Source: Eledone cirrhosa (lineage: Eukaryota). From it: a stretch of 16,669 nt of DNA. The stretch lies in assembly GCA_964016885.1 (NCBI GenBank), contig CAXHJY010000867.1, positions 1 through 16,669 on the forward strand, in the 5' to 3' direction. Positions within the stretch are counted from its first letter, which is position 1; each line of letters opens with the position of its first letter. A model generated the notes under the pieces. The model worked only from the letters and a program-made list of their open reading frames with translations, ran no database searches and was not told the origin of the DNA. Below are positions 1 through 8,672 of the stretch, in pieces. Position numbers and translations under genes: made by a program.

Positions 1-1068
1 GTCGTCATGTACCAACCTGCACCTGGTAGGCAGTACACTGAACCAAACATCTATGTGTATGGCAAACGACTTGGAGTGGTTGATCAGTTTGTCTACCTGG
101 GAAGCACTGTCAATCGATACGGCAACCTTGACAGTGAAATCTCACTTAGGATTAGGAAAGCAAGTGATGCTTTCGGAAAGCTAGAAAGGCGACTCTGGGG
201 TCGGCGAGACATATGCAGGAGGACAAAGGTAAAGGTGTACAGGGCATGTGTACTCTCTTGTCTTCTTTATGCCTGCGAGACCTGGGTCACATATCGACGC
301 CACCTTAAGCAATTGGAGCGTTTCCATCAGATGTGTCTCAGACGGATACATGGCGTTCACTGGAGGGACCACATCAGTGATGTCGAGATTTTGGAAAGCT
401 CTATGTGTGACAGTATAGAAGCTCTTGTGCTTAAGCAGCGACTCCGTTGGAGTGGTCACCTTGCCAGGATGAAGGATTCTAGAATACCAAAACAACTCTT
501 CTATGGAGAGTTGGTTAAAGGAAAACGACCGCCACATAAACCAAAAAAGAGGTATAAGGATTCCTTGAAGGCCTCTCTGAAAGACGCTAACATCTCTGCT
601 GATACATGGGAAAATATTGCTGCTGATCGTAGTAAATGGAGAAAGACTGTATATGAGGGAAAAGTTGCCTTTGAGGCATCTCGAATCGCACACGAGAAAG
701 TAAGGCGGGACGTGAGGAAGGGTATTGCTGTTGCACTTCCAGACGGCGAGGGTCCTCCTATGTTTCTGACATGCAGCGTCTGTGCGAGACTCTGCCTAAG
801 CAAAGCTGGACTCGAAAGTCATCTTCGCAGTCATAAAGTAAGACCAGTGGTTGACTACCAGGCTGCTGTTGGAGATGCTACTCATCATGCTTGCCAAACA
901 TGTGGTAGAGAATGTAAATCAGCAGGAGGACTCAAGCGACATGCAAAAGTACACGAACTCCAACCACAGCCGACTATTCCCAGTAAATGTTTTGGTTGCC
1001 GACTCTGTGCAAGACATTTTAGATCATTGGCTGGGCTAAAAAGCCACATTCGATCGCAGCACTGTTAG
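1..1068 (+). CDS. C-terminal part of an RTE-clade non-LTR retrotransposon (LINE) ORF: end of RT/thumb region, post-RT domain and three C2H2 zinc fingers; truncated at the 5' end by the window edge
   Basis: The frame is open from base 1 (GTC GTC ATG...) to TAG at 1066-1068. It has RTE-typical motifs VMYQPAPG, VDQFVYLGS, EISLRIRKASDAFGKL, TKVKVYRACVLSCLLYACETW, LERFHQMCLRRI, RLRWSGHLARM..SRIPKQLFYGEL..GKR and W...AADRSKWR. Fingers: CSVC-x12-HLRSH (772-834), CQTC-x12-HAKVH (892-954), CRLC-x12-HIRSQH (997-1062). Confidence 0.93.
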   Translation, partial: VVMYQPAPGRQYTEPNIYVYGKRLGVVDQFVYLGSTVNRYGNLDSEISLRIRKASDAFGKLERRLWGRRDICRRTKVKVYRACVLSCLLYACETWVTYRRHLKQLERFHQMCLRRIHGVHWRDHISDVEILESSMCDSIEALVLKQRLRWSGHLARMKDSRIPKQLFYGELVKGKRPPHKPKKRYKDSLKASLKDANISADTWENIAADRSKWRKTVYEGKVAFEASRIAHEKVRRDVRKGIAVALPDGEGPPMFLTCSVCARLCLSKAGLESHLRSHKVRPVVDYQAAVGDATHHACQTCGRECKSAGGLKRHAKVHELQPQPTIPSKCFGCRLCARHFRSLAGLKSHIRSQHC

Positions 1069-1076
1069 TTGCTATC

Positions 1077-1120
<44 letters not shown>

Positions 1121-1199
1121 GCTTATGTGCGTGCGTGTGTGTGTATATATATATGAATATGTATATTATTATTGTTGTTGTCGTTATTATTATTATTGC

Positions 1200-1239
<40 letters not shown>

Positions 1240-1361
1240 GTTATTAATGTATGTGTGTATATATGTGTGAGTGTATGTGTATGTATGTGTGTGTGTATAT
1301 ATGTATGTATGTGTATGTATGTGTGTGTGTATATATATGTGTATATATATATATGTGTATA

Positions 1362-1394
<33 letters not shown>

Positions 1395-1432
1395 CTTTTC
1401 CCTTTTTTTTTTTTTTTTTTTTTTTATTTATT

Positions 1433-1468
<36 letters not shown>

Positions 1469-1500
1469 TTATTTATTTTTTTTTATTTTTTTTTTTTATT
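1077..1500. repeat. Compound microsatellite: (GT)n, (ATT)n, (TA/TG)n, poly-T, (TTA)n
   Basis: Directly visible simple repeats. Confidence 0.97.
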
Positions 1501-1506
1501 GTGCAA

Positions 1507-1540
1507 TGGCCATACTCGATAACGAGGGGGCAGCCATCAT
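1507..1540 (+). other. Putative LINE 3'-terminal stem-loop (TGGC...CTCG-ATAA-CGAG...GCCA)
   Basis: Inner stem CTCG/CGAG and outer stem TGGC/GCCA; 29/34 identical to 2849-2882. Confidence 0.65.
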
Positions 1541-1587
1541 GTATATATATATATATATATGTATATATTAATGTATATATGTATATG

Positions 1588-1618
<31 letters not shown>

Positions 1619-1998
1619 GTATATATATATGTATATATGTATATATATATATGTATATATATATGTGTATATGTATATATATATATGTATATATATATGT
1701 ATATATATATATATATCTATATAAAAATATGTATATATGTATATATGTATATATATGTATATACAAATATGTGTATATATGTATATATATGTATATACAA
1801 ATATGTGTATATATATATATATCTATATAAAAATATGTGTATATATATATATATCTATATAAAAATATGTATATATGTATATATGTATATATATGTATAT
1901 ACAAATATGTGTATATATATATATGTATATATGTATATATATATATATGTATATACAAATATGTGTATATATATATATGTATATATAAATATGTGTAA

Positions 1999-2032
<34 letters not shown>

Positions 2033-2280
2033 AAATATGTGTATATATGTATATATATATATATATGTATATATAAATATGTGTATATATGTATATATAT
2101 GTATAGATATATATATGTATATATATTTACATGTATATATGTATAGATATATATATGTATATATATTTATATGTATATATATATGTATATATATACGTAT
2201 ATATATATATATGTATATATATATGTGTGTCTATATGTATATATATGTATATATGTGTATATATTATGTACATATATTAT
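1541..2280. repeat. (TA)n/(TATG)n compound microsatellite with recurring interruptions (ctatataaaaatatg, tacaaatatgtg, taaatatgtg)
   Basis: Directly visible. Confidence 0.97.
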
Positions 2281-2882
2281 GTCAGGTCACCAGTTGGTGC
2301 TACTGGTAACATGTATCCCACTAAAACCTGTCCCATGGTCGGGGCGTTGGCGACTAAACTGGCAACCCCACCAAGGTTTCTTGGTGAGGAGGGTGACTTT
2401 GGACATCCTGCAGGACGAAAAACAAAACCTGGCAAAGGAGCTCTTAAGAGTCAATGGCCATCCAAAATCACCGGGAGAGATGACCCCTTAGCCTTTGTCA
2501 AGGCAGAATTCTAGGAGAAGGAAAACTCTGATATAACACCTGCAACCCTGATGGTATCCAATGATGTTGACTTATTCTTCTTTTTGGTAAATATCATCTT
2601 GGGTTAAGAGAGTGGGACTAGCTTTGTGCAGTGCCTTTGTTCACTATAAAAGCTTCACGGCACAGGCATTGCTTTATATCTGGAGATCTCTCTACACTTG
2701 TCGTCACATGGTACCAAGGGCCCAACACTATGTGTCAATAATTGTCACAGGTGTAGTGTTTGTACCAGAGTTTTCAAGTCGCTGGCTGGACTAAAATCAC
2801 ACTTGTTTAGCGCATCGGTAGGGGTTCTCCTACATGGATATAAAGTAGTGGCCGTACTCGAAAACGAGTTGGCAGCCACCAT
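2281..2882 (+). mobile_element. Putative non-autonomous RTE-derived element (5'-UTR-like part joined to the last zinc finger and 3' terminus)
   Basis: A unique ~600-bp island between two TA arrays. Its 3' part encodes [18 protein letters not shown], homologous to [18 protein letters not shown] of the upstream LINE, and ends in the shared stem-loop. Its 5' part contains motifs I recall from RTE 5' UTRs (ggcaacccc, ctaggagaaggaaaactctgat). No RT or endonuclease coding sequence lies in between. Confidence 0.7.
2752..2821 (+). pseudogene. Frameshifted C2H2 zinc-finger remnant of an RTE ORF C-terminus
   Basis: [18 protein letters not shown]; removing one T at ~2806 gives ...SHL-LAHR-stop (TAG 2819-2821), restoring HxxxH and the stop. 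Confidence 0.7.
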
Positions 2883-2917
2883 ATATGTGTATATATGTAT
2901 ATGTGTATATATGTATG

Positions 2918-2948
<31 letters not shown>

Positions 2949-3041
2949 GTGTATATATGTATATATATATATGTGTATATATGTATATATATATATGTGT
3001 ATATATGTATGTATATATATATATATGTGTATATATGTATG

Positions 3042-3072
<31 letters not shown>

Positions 3073-3193
3073 GTGTATATATGTATATATATATGTGTAT
3101 ATATGTATATATATATGTGTATATATGTATATATATATGTGTATATATGTATATATATATGTGTATATATGCATATATATATGTGTACATATG

Positions 3194-3226
<33 letters not shown>

Positions 3227-3859
3227 GTGTATATATATGTATATATATATGTGTATATATATGTATATATATATGTGTATATATATGTATATATATATAT
3301 GTGTATATATGCATATATATATGTGTACATATGTATATATATATGTGTATATATATGTATATATATATGTGTATATATATGTATATATATATGTGTATAT
3401 ATGTATATATATATGTGTATATATGTATATATATATGTGTACATATGTATATATATATATGTGTATATATGTATATATATATGTGTACATATGTATATAT
3501 ATATATGTGTATATATGTATATATATATGTGTACATATGTATATATATATATGTGTATATATGTATATGTATATATGTGTATATATGTATATGTATGTAT
3601 ATGTATATATATATGTATATATGTATATATATATGTGTATATATGTATATATATATGTGTATATATGTATATATATATGTGTATATATGTATGTATATAT
3701 GTGTATATATGTGTATATATGTATGTATATATGTATATATATGTATGTATATATGTATGTATATATGTATATATATGTATGTATATATGTATATATATGT
3801 ATGTATATATGTATATATATATGTGTATATATGTATATATATATGTGTATATATGTATG

Positions 3860-3892
<33 letters not shown>

Positions 3893-4333
3893 GTGTGTAT
3901 ATATGTATATATATATGTGTGTATATATGTATATATATATGTGTGTATATATGTATATATATGTGTGTATATATGTATATATATATGTGTGTATATATGT
4001 ATAATATATATATGTGTATATATGTATATATATATATGTGTATATATGTATATATATATATATATGTATATATATGTATATATATATATATATATATATA
4101 AACACACACATATATATAAACACATATATATAAACACATATGTATATATATACATATATATATATATATGTGTATATATATATATATATAAACACACACA
4201 TATATAAACACGTATGTATATATATATATATATATATATATTATACATATGTATATGCATTATACATATATATATATGTATATATATGTATATATATGTA
4301 TATATATACACATATATATATATTATACATATA
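2881..4333. repeat. ~1.45-kb (TA)n/(TG)n alternating purine-pyrimidine array, switching to CA/TA-type after ~4100
   Basis: Directly visible. Confidence 0.97.
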
Positions 4334-4334
4334 T

Positions 4335-4401
4335 GTTGTTGTTGTTACTGTTGTTGTTGTTGCTGTTGTTGTTACTATTGTTGTTGTCGTTGTTGTTGTT
4401 A
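4335..4401. repeat. (GTT)n microsatellite
   Basis: Directly visible. Confidence 0.95.
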
Positions 4402-4557
4402 TTCTTTTTCTTCTCCCACTTCTTCTGTGATATAATGTTGTATTTATTTTAATTATTTCCTTGTTTCTCTACAATCTCCTAATTGGCGTCTTTTAATTAG
4501 AGATATCACTATTGTCGAATATTTGAAAGCCTCAGCTTGCAGCTATTTCAGACGATT

Positions 4558-6433
4558 CCACAACTGTAGGGAACTCAACTGAACCTGCTCTCTATACAGT
4601 TTACAAATGGGTCTTCACTAAAATATGATGTAGTGGCTTTCATGAGTTTTCTTTTCTTATGTGTTGTCATTGATATATTTACCACAACTATAGAGAACTC
4701 AACTGAACCTGCTCTATATACAGTTTACAAATGGGTCTTCACTAAAATATGATGTAGTGGCTTTCATGAGTTTTCTTTTCTTATGTGTTGTCATTGATAT
4801 ATTTACCACAACTATAGGGAACTCAACTGAACCTGCTCTATATACAGTTTACAAATGAGTCTTCACTAAAATATGATGTAGTGGCTTTCATGAGTTTTCT
4901 TTTCTTATGTGTTGTCATTGATATATTTACCACAACTATAGGGAACTCAACTGAACCTGCTCTATATACAGTTTACAAATGGGTCTTCACTAAAATATGA
5001 TGTAGTGGCTTTCATGAGTTTTCTTTTCTTATGTGTTGTCATTGATATATTTACCACAACTATAGGGAACTCAACTGAACCTGCTCTATATACAGTTTAC
5101 AAATGGGTCTTCACTAAAATATGATGTAGCGGCTTTCATGAGTTTTCTTTTCTTATGTGTTGTCATTGATATATTTACCACAACTATAGGGAACTCAACT
5201 GAACCTGCTCTATATACAGTTTACAAATGGGTCTTCACTAAAATATGATGTAGTGGCTTTCATGAGTTTTCTTTTCTTATGTGTTGTCATTGATATATTT
5301 ACCACAACTATAGGGAACTCAACTGAACCTGCTCTATATACAGTTTACAAATGGGTCTTCACTAAAATATGATATAGTGGCTTTCATGAGTTTTCTTTTC
5401 TTATGTGTTGTCATTGATATATTTACCACAACTATAGGGAACTCAACTGAACCTGCTCTCTATACAGTTTACAAATGGGTCTTCACTAAAATATGATGTA
5501 GTGGCTTTCATGAGTTTTCTTTTCTTATGTGTTGTCATTGATATATTTACCACAACTATAGGGAACTCAACTGAACCTGCTCTATATACAGTTTACAAAT
5601 GGGTCTTCACTAAAGTGTGATGTAGTGGCTTTCATGAGTTTTCTTTTCTTATGTGTTGTCATTGATATATTTACCACAACTATAGGGAACTCAACTGAAC
5701 CTGCTCTATATACAGTTTACAAATGGGTCTTCACTAAAATATGATGTAGTGGCTTTCATGAGTTTTCTTTTCTTATGTGTTGTCATTGATATATTTACCA
5801 CAACTATAGGGAACTCAACTGAACCTGCTCTATATACAGTTTACAAATGGGTCTTCACTAAAATATGATGTAGTGGCTTTCATGAGTTTTCTTTTCTTAT
5901 GTGTTGTCATTGATATATTTACCACAACTATAGGGAACTCAACTGAACCTGCTCTATATACAGTTTACAAATGGGTCTTCACTAAAATATGATGTAGTGG
6001 CTTTTATGAGTTTTCTTTTCTTATGTGTTGTCATTGATATATTTACCACAACTATAGGGAACTCAACTGAACCTGCTCTATATACAGTTTACAAATGGGT
6101 CTTCACTAAAATATGATGTAGTGGCTTTCATGAGTTTTCTTTTCTTATGTGTTGTCATTGATATATTTACCACAACTATAGGGAACTCAACTGAACCTGC
6201 TCTATATACAGTTTACAAATGGGTCTTCACTAAAATATGATGTAGTGGCTTTCATGAGTTTTCTTTTCTTATGTGTTGTCATTGATATATTTACCACAAC
6301 TATAGGGAACTCAACTGAACCTGCTCTATATACAGTTTACAAATGGGTCTTCACTAAAGTGTGATGTAGTGGCTTTCATGAGTTTTCTTTTCTTATGTGT
6401 TGTCATTGATATATTTACCACAACTATAGGGAA
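4558..6433. repeat. 124-bp tandem satellite, 15 full units plus 16 bp
   Basis: The unit ccacaactatagggaactcaactgaacc...gtcattgatatattta starts at 4558, 4682, 4806, 4930 ... 6294, 6418 (exact 124-bp period). Units differ from the consensus by 0-2 substitutions. Confidence 0.98.
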
Positions 6434-6454
6434 AAGAAATGTCGGGAATAGATA

Positions 6455-6677
6455 TTCCAGGGTCTGCTGGGAAGTTTATAGGTCGACCAAGATATTCTCA
6501 TGGAATGACTAAATGAGGTTTATTTTTCAACATAGTCCCCGGAAAGAAACAATGCAGTTATTAATAAGAATAGTAATTGATACATGCAAGATTTTACAGC
6601 TCTAGTATCACTCCTTCATAAGCTGACCAAGATACTCTCATGGAATGAGCGTATGAACTTTTCAGTTGACCCTCGTA
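6455..6677. mobile_element. Degenerate mariner-like MITE (~223 bp)
   Basis: Left end 6455-6480 (ttccagggtctgctgggaagtttata) versus the reverse complement of 6652-6677 (tacgagggtcaactgaaaagttcata): 19/26 identical. TA-CGAGGG starts are typical of some mariner TIRs. Internal 24-bp direct repeat gaccaagatat/ctctcatggaatga at 6485 and 6625. Confidence 0.6.
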
Positions 6678-6729
6678 CAATGTATAAATGGGTCGTCACT
6701 AAAGTATGATGTAGTGGCTTTCATGAGTT
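6676..6729. repeat. Diverged partial copy of the 124-bp satellite unit
   Basis: tacaatgtataaatgggtcgtcactaaagtatgatgtagtggctttcatgagtt aligns to unit positions ~38-91. Confidence 0.9.
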
Positions 6730-6783
6730 ATGTTTTCGAACACCTCCCCCATTTCACTATCAGCTTTTTAGTCACATAATCTG

Positions 6784-7064
6784 CTTATATTCGAGTATAT
6801 AATCCTCGACTTATATTCGAGTATATAATCACCGACTTATATTCGAGTATATAATCCCGACTTATATTCGAGTATAAAATTCTTGGCGAATATTCGAGTA
6901 TACAATCCTTTACTTATATTCGAGTCTATAATCCTTTACTTATATTCGAGTATATGGCCCTCTGATTACATTCGAGTATATAATCCTCTGATTACATTCG
7001 AGTATATAATCCTCTGATTACATTCCAGTATATAATAGCGACTTATATTCGAGGATATATGGTA
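6784..7064. repeat. 25-26-bp minisatellite (11 copies, core cttatattcgagtatata), probably an iterated Tc2/pogo-like transposon TIR
   Basis: Core starts at 6784, 6810, 6836, 6861, 6887, 6913, 6939, 6965, 6991, 7017 and 7042. The last copy ends cgacttatattcgaggatatatggTA, resembling the reverse complement of TA-CCGTATATACTCGAATATAAG-type TIRs (recalled, not searched). Confidence 0.8.
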
Positions 7065-7232
7065 ATTAGATTTTGACATGTTTTCATTTTAGCTCTGAAA
7101 TTTTCGTAAATATTTTTCTAGCTCCAAAACGAAAAATGATTTCATTCATTCCTTTCACAAAGAAGTCCCGAGGTTTGGGGATCCTAATAACTAATTTGGT
7201 TAACAAGAAATAATAACATAAGCCAAGATGCC

Positions 7233-7860
7233 GGTGGTGGTCATGGTGGTGGTAGTGGTGTTGTTGTTGGTGGTGTTGGTGGTAGGGGTTTTTAGGTGGT
7301 GGTGGTGGTGGGAGGGTAGTTGTGGTGGTGTTGGTGTTGGTTGTGTTGTTGGTGGTGGTGGTGGGGATTATAGTTGAGGTGTTGGTTGTGTAAGCGGTAT
7401 TGGTGGTGGTGGTGTTGGTGGCGGTGTTGGTGGTAGTGTTGGTGGTGGTGGTGGGGGATTATAGTTGTGTTGGGCGTAATGCTAGTGGTGGCGTTTTTGG
7501 TGGTGTTGGTGGTGGCGGTGGTGATCATAGTTGTGGTGGTGTTGGTGGTGGCGTTGCTGGTAAATGTGGCAATATTGTAGGTGTTGGCGGTTATGGTGAT
7601 GGTGGGGGTTCTGGCGATGGTGTTGGTGTTGGTTTGACAATGGTTGTAGTGTTGGTGGTGATTGCGGTGTTGTTGTTGGTGGTGGTGGTGGTGATGGTGT
7701 TGGTGGTGGTAATGGCGGTGTTGGCAATGATTGTGGTGTTGGTGGTGGTGATAATTGTTGTGTTGGTGTCTGTAGTGTTGGTGATAGTGGCGTTGTTGGT
7801 GATGATAGTGGAGGTGCTTGTAATGGCGGCGTGTCAGTGGTGGCGGTAGCAATAGCGGTG
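7233..7860. repeat. Degenerate (GGT)n/(GTT)n trinucleotide array
   Basis: Directly visible. Confidence 0.93.
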
Positions 7861-8397
7861 CTGATGTAAGTTCCAAAGACACGAGAATGATACACAATTG
7901 AAATCCTCGTGACATGAGGGCAAAATAACAACAAAAAAGCCAGCAGATTGTAAGGAACCATTTCACTATAGGCAACAGAAGACATTTATCAAAGAACACC
8001 TTTAAAATACCTTTAATTAAACCCGGATTTCTATCCAGACTTCAGCGAGAAGGTCACAATGATCTGTAAATAACAAATAAAAAAACGGAGAAAATATAAG
8101 GTTGAGAGAAAGCAATTGTTTCTACTGAACAGAGCGAAGAGAACAAAAATTCTGCTGTTCCCTTCAACTCTGATGAATGAGGGTTGTCTCCCTTTATTCT
8201 GGTACTCTTCACAGAAGTAATCTAATGAAACAACATTGAAAGAACATACCCAATAAAAGACAATTAGAGGAAGGAGATGAATATTTCCATTGGTTTACCA
8301 TGGGAGGTGTTCAGCCATTTAATTCAACTGTCAACGTAACAGATTTCTTGATACTTTCATCTTCGTTTCATATCATATATAGTCACCTCTGTACATA

Positions 8398-8520
8398 ACT
8401 GGTACATTATTTTATGGACCGTAGATGAAGGAAAGGTAAAGTTGACCTCTATGAATTCAGAACATGCCTTGTCTAAATAGCTATAACGACACTGCCAAAC
8501 CTCTTCCCTCTCCGCCACCT
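8398..8520 (-). mobile_element. Degraded SINE fragment, resembling abundant cephalopod tRNA-derived SINEs
   Basis: actggtacattattttatggacc...gaaggaaaggtaaagttgacctc...gaattcagaac...aacgacactgcca resembles, from memory, the reverse-strand SINE consensus ctggtacttattttatcgacccc-gaaaggatgaaaggcaaagtcgacctc...gaactcagaac...ctaacgattctgcca. Not database-verified. Confidence 0.55.
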
Positions 8521-8672
8521 ACCTTGTATATAATAGCCCCATAGAGCTTGTATATGATACCACTATAGACCTTATATATATAATACTACCATAGAACTTG
8601 TATATAACACCGCGATAGAGCTTGTATAAAAACACCATGATAGAGCTCGTATATATACCACTACAGACCTTA
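8521..8672. repeat. ~24-bp degenerate minisatellite (ccatagagcttgtatatataa/tacca), ~6 copies, continuing at 9550-9643 beyond the Helitron
   Basis: Recurrent atagagcttgtata / atagaccttatata / atagagctcgtata; a further copy ccatagagctcgtata lies at ~9627. Confidence 0.8.

Larger units (their letters stand above)
1..1540 (+). mobile_element. 3' end of an RTE-clade LINE (ORF, microsatellite-filled 3' UTR, terminal stem-loop)
   Basis: ORF as above. The 34-nt motif at 1507-1540 matches the motif that follows the homologous zinc-finger remnant at 2849-2882, which suggests it is the family 3' terminus. Confidence 0.75.

Noticed and set aside
181-1039. ORFs 181..693(-), 501..803(-) and 851..1039(+)
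   Set aside because: Shadow frames of the LINE ORF with no recognisable motifs.
772-1068. Host C2H2 transcription-factor gene
   Set aside because: The fingers are in frame with RTE post-RT motifs and lack TGEKP linkers.
2300-2400. Canonical HDV-like or twister ribozyme as an annotated feature
   Set aside because: P1/P2 pairings and loop consensus could not be satisfied by hand; kept only as a hypothesis in findings.
1135-4452. Many long ORFs on both strands (YI/CV/HT-rich, up to 493 aa)
   Set aside because: They are translations of stop-poor TA/TG microsatellites; only the finger relic at 2752-2821 carries real coding ancestry.
4558-6433. CRISPR array or hammerhead-ribozyme satellite
   Set aside because: Units are near-identical end to end with no unique spacers, the context is eukaryotic, and I saw no CUGAUGA/GAAA hammerhead core.
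6784-7064. Mini-CRISPR (palindromic repeat with variable spacers)
   Set aside because: Linkers are only ~8 nt and related to each other; there are no cas genes; a TIR-derived minisatellite explains it better.
7292-7999. His-, Pro- or Gly-rich ORFs
   Set aside because: Artefacts of the (GGT)n repeat.
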